From the NCBI RefSeq assembly GCF_964204645.1, contig NC_134026.1, forward strand, positions 30,786,150 through 30,850,149: a DNA stretch of 64,000 nucleotides. The letters run 5' to 3'. The notes beneath the pieces were generated by a model. The model saw only the letters and a list, made by a program, of their open reading frames with translations, was not told where the DNA came from and did no database searches. This document shows, piece after piece, positions 28,341 through 41,463 of the stretch. Position numbers and translations under genes: made by a program. Within the stretch, counting starts at the first letter, position 1. Each line of letters starts with the position of its first letter. The DNA is from Tubulanus polymorphus (taxonomy: Eukaryota > Animalia > Nemertea).

Positions 28341-29540
28341 TTAATTAACCGTTTCTCTTTCTTTTGTGGCTTTTTTGTCCAGCAGTTCCTTAAGATATCG
28401 TATTTCCGTCGAGAGACTATGAATTTCTTGTCGTAGTTTATTGTTTTCTGCTTCTAACATGTTCGATCTGATCGCCCTCAATCTCGTGATTTCTTTCCGC
28501 GTTTCGCGACATTTCCGGGCGGCTGCGTTATTTTTCCGGCGACGATCGGCATACTTCGGATCGGCATATTTCGGATTCATAGCCTCGGGATTTGCCGAAC
28601 GTTTCCGACCTCTGGGACGCTCGGTGTATGACACATTTATCATTAGGTCGGATTTTCTTGGTGAATCGGATGATAGATCGGAGACGTCTGAGATGTCTGA
28701 TTGACCGTATTCCGAATCCGCATTCTCAAAGCGCCCGTCATCGATGTATCTAGGTAAAGGTGGAGAATTAACCGCATCGCTTGGATCTTCGCATTCTTTT
28801 TTCAATAAAACATCAAGATGTGGCATACCGTTAGGCGCGCCGGGAACTAGCACCGACATGTGAGGTATTTGATGCGGAACTGTGACGTAACCACTTGCAA
28901 CAGCGAACGGTAGATGCGCGGATGAGCTGATAGGTAAAACAATAGATGGCGCTACGTGCGGAGGTGTTAATCCTATAGTTTCCCGCGTAACTGGTGGTGT
29001 TAAGCTGTTATTATGGGGAATCTGTCCGTACACGATATCTGTGGGTCTCTTCACCGATGCGCTAGTCCCAGGAACAGGATAGCCGGCTGTTTCGCTCATA
29101 TTTTGCCGGTAGGGGTCTCTGCTCGTGGGATTTGAAAGTTTTGTCTTCAATTCGTTTAACTCGGCCCTCAGATTCGCGTTTTCTCGATTCACTTGGTCGA
29201 TCTTGTTTTCCATGATGACGTCATTTAAGCGTCTTTTTTCTCTCGATTTTTTCGCTGCCTCATTATTTTTCTTTCTTCGCTCCCAATAATTAGTATCCTT
29301 TAATTCTTCGGCGACGAATTTACGTCGTTTTCGTTGGTTCTCGCCTGTAGCAGTGGTAGAATCGGTTTGGTCATCTTTTAAACCATCTTTTAAAGCGAGT
29401 AACTGTTCGGCCAGATTGGTTTCTAATGTCGAATAAGTTCGATTTCCAGTCGGTGGAGATTGTGAAGTATCACTAGTTTCAGTGCTACTCTGCGACAAAC
29501 TGTCAAATGATGAATGCTGTAACTCTTTGTCCCCTGGCAT
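28341..29540 (-). CDS. NFIL3: NFIL3/E4BP4/vrille-like bZIP transcription factor with a second C-terminal bZIP; single coding exon, acceptor before 29559
   Basis: RKFVAEELKDTNYWERRKKNNEAAKKSREKRRLNDVIME matches NFIL3/vri. Second domain: DPKYADRRRKNNAAARKCRETRK followed by a leucine zipper. Confidence 0.75.
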   Translation of the reverse strand: MPGDKELQHSSFDSLSQSSTETSDTSQSPPTGNRTYSTLETNLAEQLLALKDGLKDDQTDSTTATGENQRKRRKFVAEELKDTNYWERRKKNNEAAKKSREKRRLNDVIMENKIDQVNRENANLRAELNELKTKLSNPTSRDPYRQNMSETAGYPVPGTSASVKRPTDIVYGQIPHNNSLTPPVTRETIGLTPPHVAPSIVLPISSSAHLPFAVASGYVTVPHQIPHMSVLVPGAPNGMPHLDVLLKKECEDPSDAVNSPPLPRYIDDGRFENADSEYGQSDISDVSDLSSDSPRKSDLMINVSYTERPRGRKRSANPEAMNPKYADPKYADRRRKNNAAARKCRETRKEITRLRAIRSNMLEAENNKLRQEIHSLSTEIRYLKELLDKKATKERETVN

Positions 29541-30654
29541 CTGTCGTTTCAATAAATCACTGAAAGAAACAATATGAAATACCTGACAGAAACAATAGAT
29601 CTTGAAAGGGAGCACCACTTAATTAAAGTATCGGGGACTTAATACAAAAAGCCGAAAGGGTTATGGGGTCCTACCCCAGAGAATTCTGAAGTTTTAAATG
29701 CATTATTAAGGTTTTGCTGATTTTTAGATTGGGTTGTGGGAATACTTGTGGAGTTTCTAGCTCTGATAGTCTCCAAATCTAGACCGTATTGCCCATTGGA
29801 GCGAGTCCTGATTGACCCCATGAGAAGATGGGCAGCTTTAGGGTTGCTCAATAAAATGCGAGAGGCTAATATCGATTGTTTTGCTACAGTCGTTTCTTTA
29901 AGACTCGAGAGTGTTTGTCAGCAGGTGATCGATCGAGAAGGACACAACAATTGCCCTAAATCTACCGAGCCGACAGATTCGAAGTGGGCCAACGTGGATC
30001 ATTCTTTTTAATAATCGCGTGAATAAAAAGTAGGTAACAGTGTCGAATGAACCGGTTCAACATGGTCGTCTTCTATAAGAGGGTTTGCGAAGAGAGATGT
30101 CGTCAATAATACATGCGTAGAACGAATGTAGCTTATGTACTCGAGGCAATTCAAGGATACAAAAAACTGACGAATTTTTAGTTAGTTAAGCTGGGGAAAT
30201 TCATATTACGGGGTCGGTTTGGTGAAAATCAGTAAATCTTCCGTTTTCTGGTGCATTTAATGAATGGACCCTTATGAATTAATGCTCTCTTATTTCAAAC
30301 ATCTCTTGTTAAAGCTGCACATAAAATCTTATGATCCAATGGAGCTGTGTCGAGCTAGACCAAAAGAATATCTAATATTTTTATTATGTCGTGTGACATA
30401 AGATAGTTCTCATCTAATAGAGATATCACGCAACATATACATAGCCGAATCAATGAAGGCCAGCGTTCTGTAGCGTTAAGGCAAAATAGGTCGACGTTTC
30501 AACAACAGCAATAGGTTCTGTGTTGCCTACGAATTGTGATATATTATACAAAAACCTACTAACCTTCGCTATATGTATTTACCAGCCAGTATTCTACCTA
30601 GCAGCTGCAGATAGCTACGTAGCTAGCGCTCCTGCATGTTATTTAATGCTGCAA

Positions 30655-30715
30655 TGATTATGCAACATTCAGTTACGAATTGAGTAATGTATACATGCGT
30701 CATCGATCACGTGAC
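30655..30715. promoter_or_regulatory. Cluster of D-box/C-EBP-like TTATGCAA (30658), TGCGTCA (30696) and E-box CACGTG (30708) upstream of the NFIL3-like gene
   Basis: Motifs read directly; function is inferred only. Confidence 0.3.
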
Positions 30716-31758
30716 CGTCGCATCATAGCTCCCACTGCGAACAGAGTAGAGCGTTCCTCTTTACAGAATTTTAAAGAGGTTTTTTGAAAACCGGTTCCCC
30801 TTTTGAATTCAAGCAACGACACGGTGACCTCAAGATTTAAAAAGTGATTTGTTCTATACATAGTAAAATGCCGCGGTTATCTGTGGTATATATTGAGTGT
30901 TTTATGCCATGTTGGCAATATTGATTTCTAGCGAGCTGTATAAGCTACTGTATGCTGCGCAAACGACCGGGCGACTAACTTAGCCTGTTGTGCCAGAGTG
31001 TAGAACTCGTGGTTGACTCTCATTTGAGTTTGTGAGGGAGAATTAACGGAGCTGCGCATGATTCGGGGAATAAATGATATTGTCAACACAAGACGTTTTT
31101 AAAAAAAATGCTATACGCTGTTTCCTATGAAATTCGTTGACCTGCAAAAAGCCTCGAGTCGAGGACAAGGATATCATTGCTAATCAATCGCTGTGATACA
31201 TCCAACTTGGTCTGAATCCGTGCAAAGTGTCGTATACACCCTAAAGCAATTACTTATAAGTGTAAATGCCTTTGATTAAATAAACTAATTGGTCTAGTTA
31301 TTAATTGGGGTTTTGTCAAGTTCCAAAGATAACTTTTTTTATTAGAATAAAGAAAAATGGAAATTCCTGGCAATGCGATGCTAAAGCTAATCGATATAAT
31401 GTTAAGCATGTTAAGTGCCAAGATATTTCACAGATTCCTGATTAATTAGGAAAAGAATACGGTAACGAAATCAACAATCACCGTGTCGGGTGAAATGACT
31501 AATTTCAGCAATTGACGCATGCGCCATCTATCGCAATTCCTCGTCACGAATTTGGGCGGATGGGTGTTGGTTCGTTCTATTCCGTGTTTTATTGTTGAGT
31601 CGCGCGACCGTGGAGCTGCTCGCTGTGCTCTGACTTGTACATGTTTGTTGTTGTTTTTTCGGTGCATTAGAGCGTGGGTCTGTCGTGTATCTTAGTTACA
31701 ACCCTTTCGTCGTTCTTTATCTGATTCGAAATCTCTAATTTTAAAACAATCGGACACT

Positions 31759-33857
31759 ATGAGGACCATAGCCGATTACGACCAACAATTAATTGCTAAA
31801 TATGGAATATTTACACTTTTGTTCTCGATGCTGTTTTTTCATATTTTGAAAACGATAGTGAATTTTTACGGTGCACCTAAAGTCGTCCCCGACAAAGACG
31901 AATGGCGGTGGAAGAATTTGTTTGTATCATGGATCCACGCTCTAATCGTAGGTTCATGGAATCTGGCCTGGTAAGTGAATGTTTATATTATTAGACAAGC
32001 CCTCGCTCATAAAATATTGCATGGTTTCGTTCATTTATCAGATTCAATTGCTAGTAAATTGTTAGTTTTCTATTTTCAGTATGGTTATATACCCGGAGAT
32101 GTTTGAAGATCTTTCAAACCATTTTACCTTATTTTCATACTTGGTTATAGTGTTTTCTACAGGTAAGAGCTGGATGCCTACACTGAGACGCGCCTCCCCG
32201 GGGGTCGTTACGATGGGTATTCATTGACGCTTTGTTGAATTCTTTTTTTCAGGATATTTCCTGTATGATTTCTGTGATATGTTATTCAATAATAAACTGC
32301 TGAAATTTTGGGAAGTTTCTTTGCACCATGTAGTTGTAAGTATATTTGTAATGTAGTTGTAAGTATAATAGGCCCTAACTTTTCTCTCAGCTATTTATTG
32401 TAGGAAGAGTCAAACTCGATTAAGTTGTCACATTTTTCAGAGTCATCTCTATTTTTGAGTTTTTAATTCTAATGTGATTTACAAAGTGTAAGTCGTTTTA
32501 TTTGGATAAGTCATTAACGTAATGATTGTCTCAACTACAACGACCGAAACAAGTTTGACTTTGAATACTGGAAATGGAAGTTTAGTTGTTAATTTGATTG
32601 GAATAGAATTGAACTGGAAATGAACTAGTTTAGGAGTGTAAAAACAGTTAAGGTTTACGAGCATGAAATTCAGTAAAATATCTTCATAGACGTTTGTCGA
32701 ATAAACACTATAATCCGTGTATACTGTAGATAAATGAAGAAATCCCACACTTCGAATTTAAAATTATACGATCAAATTTATTATCATGAAACCATAACGT
32801 TTCGGCTGTTGACTGACAGCCATCATCAGGTGGCTGATGCATTGATGAATCATCAACAGCCATCATCATCATCATTCCACCTGATGGTGGCTGTTAGTCA
32901 ACAGCTAATATTAATATTATACAGCTTATAATTTTAAATTCGAAGTCTGGGGTTTCTTCATTTATCTTCATAGATGTTTGTGCTGAATGACCCTAGTTGA
33001 AAAACCAGGCTACAGTGTGATTTACAAATTGAATTACTTCATTTTCAAATTATTTGAAATAGTTAAGTAGGCCTAGAGTTAAACTTAAGGTCTAGTGTCC
33101 AGTTTCTCGAACATGGTGGTGCCACTGACCTGGGCAGGGGTAACTCCGTGGGAATTTGACGAATTCTACAAAACCTGGAAAATTCAATGAATTTGGATAA
33201 TTCTATGGACCATGTTTCTTTATCAGTAGGTGATTCAATGGAAGATGAATGAATTGTAACATTCTAAACCTCCTCTGAATTTCTCTGCTCTGCGAATTTT
33301 GTGTAGTCACATGGAAAAATAGTTTCAAAATCTCAAAGTTTCATGATGAAGTAATTCCCAATTGATTTGTTGTTTGATTATTATTTCAGGTGTTATCGTC
33401 ATTCATTTATGTCACGTATTACATGGTTCAGATTGGTTACGTTTGCATGGCGCTATTAGCCGAAGCTAACAGTATATTTCTCCACGCCAGAAAACTGATG
33501 CAGATGCAAAAAGTTCCGTTCGACAACAGTTTATATCGATTCAATTGCGTTTTGAATATGGTCAGTTTTGTAGCTGGTCGCGGAACCGGTTTATTTGTAA
33601 TAACTAGATTTTTGATTCTAACACCTGAATTACTTACGCCATTTTTTCGATGGCTAGTTATCGTCGGTGTGTTTATAATGGATGTTATTCACCCCGTTCT
33701 ATTTTGGCGCTTGCTGAAAAGTGATTTCATAAAACCTTGGCTGAAAAATCGTCGACTAAAATCAGAAACGCCGACAGCCCTCGATAAATCGAATGAAATT
33801 CATATCGTAAACGGAATTAATGGCTTCAGGAACAACAACGATTTAAAAACAGCATGA
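31759..33857 (+). CDS. TLCD2: TLC (TRAM/LAG1/CLN8) domain protein, TLCD1/2-like; exons 31759-31970, 32080-32162, 32253-32335, 33390-33857
   Basis: WRWKNLFVSWIHALIVGSW, FSTGYFLYDFCD, LHHVV, ALLAEANSIFLHARKL, FWRLLKSDF; phases consistent. Cannot separate TLCD1 from TLCD2 by eye. Confidence 0.8.
32698..32963 (-). mobile_element. Short Penelope-like insertion: inverted arms, tail, 18-bp TSD with one mismatch, and a minimal hammerhead at 32791-32834
   Basis: TSD ATCTTCATAGAYGTTTGT at 32680 and 32964. Minus strand: CTGATGA-T-GGCTG-tcagtcaa-CAGCC-GAAA-CG-TT. Confidence 0.7.
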
Positions 33858-34119
33858 AATTCCGTTTGTGTTTGTTTTTTTAGAATGTTTACCTTTGATG
33901 TTCATCGATTTAATCATCACTTTATTTATTTATGTTCGATAACACTGTAATTGATATTATATGCATTGTAGAAGACACCGGACCAAGTATGGGTTTAAGA
34001 AATGTGCTACTATAACAAACTTACTGTCTTCCCCTATCTAATGCAAATACATTCTATTGATCTACAGCCTTGACCTTCATCGTCCACAGTGTTCAAAACT
34101 TCACCTGAGACGCCTTTAA

Positions 34120-34407
34120 CCCTTTCAGTGCGTCTACACCGCAGTGCGGTGTATAAATCAGTGATGGATTTTGCTAGTACACCGCACTGCGGTGTATTGA
34201 TGTAATTAGTAATTTGTAATTATCTCTATTGAAAAATGGCAGCAAGTGTCAAACATAGTGAGATACTAGTAACTAACGATACACCGCGCCGCGGTGTAGA
34301 CACACTACAGTGGTATTCCCATTGTTCAACACACTAGGGTGGAATTTTTTAGAATTTTCAAATTTTCTCCAGCACTATAGGGTATTTATTAGTCAGCACT
34401 GAAAGGG
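34120..34407. mobile_element. piggyBac-type MITE with TTAA TSD
   Basis: TTAA|CCCTTTCAGTGC ... GCACTGAAAGGG|TTAA; internal ACACCGCAGTGCGGTGT palindromes. Confidence 0.85.
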
Positions 34408-35409
34408 TTAATTGATAATGAATATAAGAAATTTCAAAAACTTGATCGTTCACACTTCACACATATGTGCTGAATTCCTGAATGAATGGGTGCTGGATAC
34501 AGGATTGCCGATTGATACATGTATCCCTGAGATTCAGTATGATACATTCACCGTGTGCTTGACTACAGATTTTCTTACAAATAATTATTTTTTCCCGAAT
34601 ATATATTTTCTAGAGATTTATATAGGCCTAAAATCGATATATTTAACTGCTCCCAATTTTCATAGAAAAATGTTTAAAAGTTTAAAGGGATTAACGTTGT
34701 AATAATCCAGATTGTGTGTAGAGTTTATTGTGGCTACTGATTAAAAATTCTTCCATAGTTATTACAAAAAGAAACCAGTTTTCCGATTGAGTCTCAGCCA
34801 TAAACTTGAATTCATTTATTTATATGTTGATTAGTTTAGAGCGATTTATTACCTTAAAAATAGAAGTAGAAACAGTCATTTTACGATCTAGTGATATTAT
34901 TGAAATACTTCGATACTGATGTAATGTTTACTACGCAAAAAGTATATTTTTTCCAATTATTTTTGATACTATATCTCGTAATCATTAGTGATTACTATAT
35001 GAAAATAAAATCCTAGTGCTCGGTGCTGCGCTTTACTGCGTGCTGGTGATTTCATAAAAAATGCTTTTTATTTTCTATATTAAACAAATCGTATTCGTCG
35101 AAGTCAATCAAAATGATTGAATGATGTATTTTATACGGAATTATTTATTGAATAATAAAATCATGTAGCAGGTAATTGTTACAGTATGAAGAATGTCTAG
35201 TATTGATGTAAATTTCTAAAAGTCGGTTCCAGCTGAGTCGACCATTCTATGAAATTGAGCTGCCGGTCACACTAGTTTTAGACTCTGTTCATATTGCTGA
35301 ATATAAACCCTACCTCCCTCATCTACACAATTTTAGGCACGTAGAATTGATCAATGAATTTTGTGCCCCTCCCTCCATGAACGTCTACAACTTCATGAAT
35401 TGACCCTTA

Positions 35410-35629
35410 GGCTAAACAAAAATGATACCTTGTTTCTCCGCAGCGGCCGGGTCATTTTTGTAAAATATGATAAAATTTATAAACAGTTCATTTCTATAGC
35501 GGCCGGGTCTGTTATGGTAAAATTGATCACGATTTTTAAAAAAGTAATGTATAGGGTAGATAGACGGCCGGCCGGGTCAACATTTAAGCTCAGCAGAGTG
35601 GAGAAACAAGGTATCAATTTTTTTTGGCC
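35410..35629. mobile_element. MITE with about 30-bp TIRs and TTA TSD (PIF/Harbinger-like)
   Basis: TTA|GGCTAAACAAAAATGATACCTTGTTTCTCC ... GGAGAAACAAGGTATCAATTTTTTTTGGCC|TTA. Confidence 0.75.
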
Positions 35630-36344
35630 TTATCTCAACTGCGTCGAAACGGGCTCTGCTGAATCCCCCCTATTTTGATGCAGTTAAGTTTGATATAAGT
35701 TAGATTATTATTTCTTTTCTAATGTTTTTACTTAAAATCAAATTAACGTAACTGTTGACCGTGGAACCGAGTTCTAAGCATGAAGTCAAACGAAAGAATA
35801 AATCGTCCATTGATTATTGTGTTAGTGTTTAGTATAATAAGAAATACATAGATTAAATTTCTACGTGTGTTAAAAAATATTCTTATAGAAGAGCTTCCTG
35901 ATTTACTTACACCCCGCTTATCTAAGAGCTTCCTGATTTACTAACACCCCCGCGCTTTTCTGTGAGTTGAGCTATATCTTTGTAATCAGGGATGGATGCG
36001 GCCTCTCTTGTTTTTGCTATAGAGGTTTAAATATAGTGACTCTGGAGAATATAATGTTATAATCGTCACGGCTTTGTCAGTGAAATAAAGAATATTTAAT
36101 TATTATTAATGCTGAAATGATATATTTTATCGAATATTATGATCGTGAATAAATTCTTCATAATCAAAAACTCGACTTTAACTTTTGATATTGTTTAATG
36201 GGGGCGATGATACAATGACACGTATACCGCGTATTCACACACTCTCTCACTCCGCTAGAATTTGCCCTCTATTTTAAAGAACGACTTGAACTCTAGCTTT
36301 GAAGAACTGTTAACCTGCATATATTTATTGACTCATTTGATTAT

Positions 36345-39300
36345 TTAACACTGATCGACGGCAGTGAATGTCTTTCTTTTGGTGCTGCGCAGTTCATATC
36401 CATTACCACAAAACTGAACGCTGTGAAGAAAATGTTGAAACAATATTATTCGTATTGAACCCGAGCTCCACGCGAAGCTCCGAGACTGGCCTAGTCATAT
36501 ACCGCGAAACTAATCATAACAATGATATACTATATATGATAAATAGAGCTAATTACTATCAATATTCTATGAAAAGGTTCTCGTGTTTAAACTTACCTTT
36601 TCTGAGCATCGCCGTCCATAAGCACAATCTTATCAATGATGAGTTTAGGTTTTCTTATCAATGGTACATGCCATTCCCAGATCCAGAGAGGGTCGTGAAT
36701 CCACCAAACAGTAATTAATGAGATATCACCAATATCGTAATCAGTCAGAAATGTGTAACCGTGTGAAGTGAAAGGTTCTATTTTTGCCCTTCTGAAACAA
36801 ATGATAGGATCTTTGAGGTTCCGCGGAAAATGTTACCGAATTGAGGGAAGACCAGTGAACTGCAAGCTTTCTTATTAGTTTTTTTCTTCGGATAATGCAT
36901 TTTTCTTCAATTGAATTACATAATCAATCATCTATTAAACCAACTGGACCGAGTATCTACAATTTCACAGGTTTTATCAGATATGCTCAGGAGCCAGCAG
37001 TCAACATTCAAAATCAGTTGTTTGAATTCCAAAAAAGATCTGAAATTTTAAGACAGTGGTTTTGCCATAGGGCTGAGCGTGAGATGGTTTTAGAAGGAAG
37101 GAGGACTGCATGCAACTATGACCCCAAAAATTCTTGTAGGTCACGGGTGTATAACTAAGCTAAAAAATTCAGTTATTTTTTTAATGAAATTTTGATATAA
37201 TAACTTACTCTTTCGTGATTTTAATTTCACCCGTGGCTCCGTTTGACCCGTGTAGGTTAATGAACAAATCACCACGTTCTTTATTGTCGCCAAACGTGAA
37301 TTTTACTGCAAAACTTTTTCCTGTATATCAAAAAAGTATTAATACGCTATATGCACTGGAAACGACACCTTTTATCAAATCAGCAAACTATAGCGATCCA
37401 TCAGTTCTGGCGTATGAGTTAGGGTTATTTCGATTAGATTTAGAATTGAGTTTGAGTGGAAATGATGCTGCAACTTACGACAATACGGACGCGTATCTGC
37501 GGTATCAAGGAAATATTTAATTTCAGTTTGATTAACCAGTGGTTTAGCTGTATCTGCGTAAAAACCCATATATGCGCAGCCTAATCCACCACAACTCATA
37601 CATCTACCAACCTAAAATACAGTACACGCTGTTTATCAAATCATTTTTCTCAATGTTATTTTCATCAATTAAACTGGTTTGAAATAAATATATATGTAGA
37701 ATTATTTATTATTTAAAACATTGTTTTTTATTGATCTGACATGGACTCTTCGTTTGAGAGTCCATGATCTGGACGTATAGCTCTACAGTGAAACTGTGGA
37801 GAACTGGACCCAGTTCCATTTCGAGGGTCAACTCAACTCAAAATGATTGAGCCTTAACTCAGGAATTATTAACTGGGTCTTAGATGAAAGAAGGATTCTA
37901 TACATCCCTAACATTGTAGGCTAACGTATGACAGACTTTACCTTAAAATCTTCATAATTGTTACAGGGAAATGCTTTAAATTGACAATGTTTCGAGTTGA
38001 TGGATTCGATGAAGTAATAATACGCTCTCAGATGATCACAAGCCACGTAATGTTTTCCTCCTGTCAAAAACATTAGTATATGAAAATGTGCATAAACCGA
38101 CGAAAAGACTTCCTTGTGAAAAACGTTTTCGACATATTGTTTTGTCAAGCCGTGTGCGTTGAGTTTAATGGCAACATGATCGAAATAAACAATGTACCAT
38201 GCAGTAGGCCTATATAAAGTGTATATCTCAGTTCATAGACAGTTTATCACTTAACGGCGATAGATATCAACCGGTTATAAACCATTAGCATTCAAATTAT
38301 AGGACTTTGATAACTGGATTCGGTCCAATTCTCGGAGAATGGTCGACATCGGAAGAATCCTCAATAACGAGACAAACAATTAACTCTCTCAGGGACCAAA
38401 TAGTGGAATATGAAATATTTATTAAGATGAATAGATAGTGATGTACTGAATCATATATGTATATACACATTTTAGCTTAGTATAGACTATGCGGCGGTAT
38501 CCGATGGTTGGTTGGGCAACGATGACGTGAAGCTTTGATACTGCCATGTCGTTGTTTAAACCATGGACTCCAAAAAACTTTCTATCTATTTATAGAGTCC
38601 ATTTCCAAACTTACCTTCATAGATGCCTTCAGTAGTGACTTTTTCTATAAGATTACCGGTACAACCAGGCTGGTCATTACCGCCGTTTACATAGAAATCT
38701 ACATGGCCGCTAGGCTGCCATATACCGAAACCTTGCGAACATAAATAAAAAATTCATCAGCAAATTCTAAGTAATTTGATTAATTCACATCAGCGATAGT
38801 TTTCTTTTAAAGACGATATCAAAAGCCACAAAAGGAAAGAAAAAACGAGCTTTATACAAAGTAGGGGTGATATACAAATATCATATGAAAATCATATCAG
38901 CTCGAGGAAACTTTTCGGACTCTTTCTTCACTCTTTGTGGGATTTTATATCAAACAAGGACTCGAAGTGTTTCATTAATTCTTTACCTCCATTCAACACG
39001 AGAATATTAAGAATGCTTTTAGCGTCAGTATGAATTACATCGACAAATCGAGCATCAGTTGGGTCCAGACGAACAGCGGGATCAGTGTTGGCGAAATATG
39101 GTGAAGCTGGATCCAACCCTGCAGTGTGGAACAAATACGTATAGCATAAGTACTCAAGTAAATTCACCAGTCATTTGGTGGGCCCTGCATTTGGTCCAGT
39201 TGCAAAAATATTGTGTGATTCACTCCGTGATATAAGCCGCGATCACACGGGCGTTTTGGGCTCGGGCCACGGGTACCTGTTTGGCCCGGGCCGAATTCGA

Positions 39301-41463
39301 CAAAAAACGTCTGACCAGGCAGGAGCCAAATTTTAACACGGGACAAAATGATTACGTTTGAATTGTAACCGGTTCGGGAAATGACTCTAATTAGGCACAG
39401 GCAAAATTTGACTCGGGCCAAATCATTTGCGTGCGATCGCGGCTCTCGACTATCCCCGTCCCGTCATCACACTCCTGGTGACCTTCACCTATCCGAAAAT
39501 GAACGCACCTGTAATTCTACCGAGACCCTGAAGTCGTTCGCCAGCATACCCCGCAACATGAGCACCTAAACTGTGTCCAATCAAATGGAAGTCTGTTTCC
39601 TTTGCATCAGTGATCAACTGAAATTTAAAATATATATATTGTACCCTTGAAGTTAATTCTATGTATAGTTGCATAGTTAGAATCTCTTCTGACATCCATT
39701 CGATTCTTGTTAAGGTTTAATCGCGTGGGCTTTAAAGAATAGATTGCTCATGAAGACAAATGTTTTTTTTTTAAATTCAAATACTCTGAAGATGGGTAGA
39801 AAGAATGCTAACTTTCCTTCTCGGGTTTCTTATTCTACAACTAATTCAACCCGACATTCACCACTGACGTCACCGTGACTGAACGATGTCAAGCGTTACG
39901 CGACAGGTCCTACTCGAGAAACTGTGAGGTTCACCTCGATTAACGTGGCTGAAGGGTAGGACGATATCCTCGCGATATTTTGTGACATATTTGTTTGCGT
40001 AAAATAACTCAGTAGTTAGTTTTCCTCATGTTTTCATAAATCGTGTACACTTATACCCTGCTTTCCTACATTTTTCTTTTAATTCTGCGACATATTTTTG
40101 AAATAACTCAGTAATTACTATTTCTCATGTTTTCATAAATCGTGTATACTGATACTGTACAGAAATATCTCTGAAATTGAGTATAGTTTTATTTGAAACT
40201 TGCTTGTAGATAATTGATAAGATGCGCTATTTCAGCTCCGACTAGACGAGTATTAGCAGTAGCCAGTGTGTATGGAGGTCCAGATCCTTTACTCCAATCT
40301 ACTAAAATTACGTTGTAATCCCCTTGTCTTAATAATTCAGTTTTCATACTCTGAAAAATAGATAAAAATCAAATTTGTTTGACGACTTCTTTCATCTCGT
40401 ACCGGAATTAAACTCCTCCTTCCTCATTACCGAGTTCCCTGATTGTCAACTCAGTGAAATATTCTACAAACTTACCTTTACCCACCCTTTGCGAGCATGG
40501 TCAATAAACCCGTGAATGATCACTCTTGTTTTTTTGCTTGGGTCGAACAATGAATTACTGATAGAAGCGATGTTATCAGCTTCGAGAAATTGTTCGGTAA
40601 TCGTATTTTTACGAGTATGTAGAATAAAAGTCGTGTTCAGTGCGCGTCTGTCTTGTGGTAGTAATTGTAGGGGACGATTTACAAGATCGTTAAACGGTCC
40701 ATCAGTGCTCAAACATCCTAGAACTCCGTAACATCGGGTTATTGGAATGATACCTGCAAGTCAAGTGCCAATATAGATACCGTAGTAAAGCTTCGTTATA
40801 AAAACTTCGGATATAACGATTAATTTTGTATAACAAACCGAGAATTTCATCCCAAATAAGACGGTTTCCGATTTAGAAAGGGCCAGCAGTTAATTAGGTT
40901 TTGGTAATCGAAATCGTGAAATTTGATTACTTGAAATCGTTGTTTTATCCAAATCTTAATTCTATACATACCAGCATCATTCCACAAAAAGTTCTTTTAT
41001 TATTTTCATATGATTTAACATTAATTACTCATTTGCCGGAAGCTACTTTACAATAGTAGTGAAGCGCTTGTATCTTGAACAACTAGTTTATAAAGTAATG
41101 TAATGTAATGCAATTTATTTCATCATCAATTATAATTACAAATTGAATTTATAACAAATAAGTAGATTGATGATGAGAGACCTGAACAGAGAGCTTTAGA
41201 GGCTGTACAATCACAGGACGTTCAGGCTCCCTAGAGAAAAAAAGAAGAAAGTAGGCTTCTAGTTACTACTTTTTTTCTGATTCGATACCGGGTAAACGCG
41301 GCTGCTCTAACGATTTTTCGAATGTTGTAAGCGCCTTATATCTTCAGTTCCTTATATCGATCTGGGAAAAATAGCACAACATTGATAATAACTTACGCTT
41401 TTCTATTTGTTTGACATCGGCAGAATGAGCGACAGAAATCAATATAAGCGCAGGGAGAAACAT
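36345..41463 (-). CDS. Secreted pancreatic lipase-related protein (lipase + PLAT domain), about 11 exons
   Basis: Signal [15 protein letters not shown]; [35 protein letters not shown] (catalytic Ser), [45 protein letters not shown] (His), MGFYAD; PLAT-like tail ending ...TAVDQC*. Confidence 0.92.
39235..39445. mobile_element. MITE in a lipase intron
   Basis: AGCCGCGATCACACG ... CGTGCGATCGCGGCT inverted ends. Confidence 0.65.
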
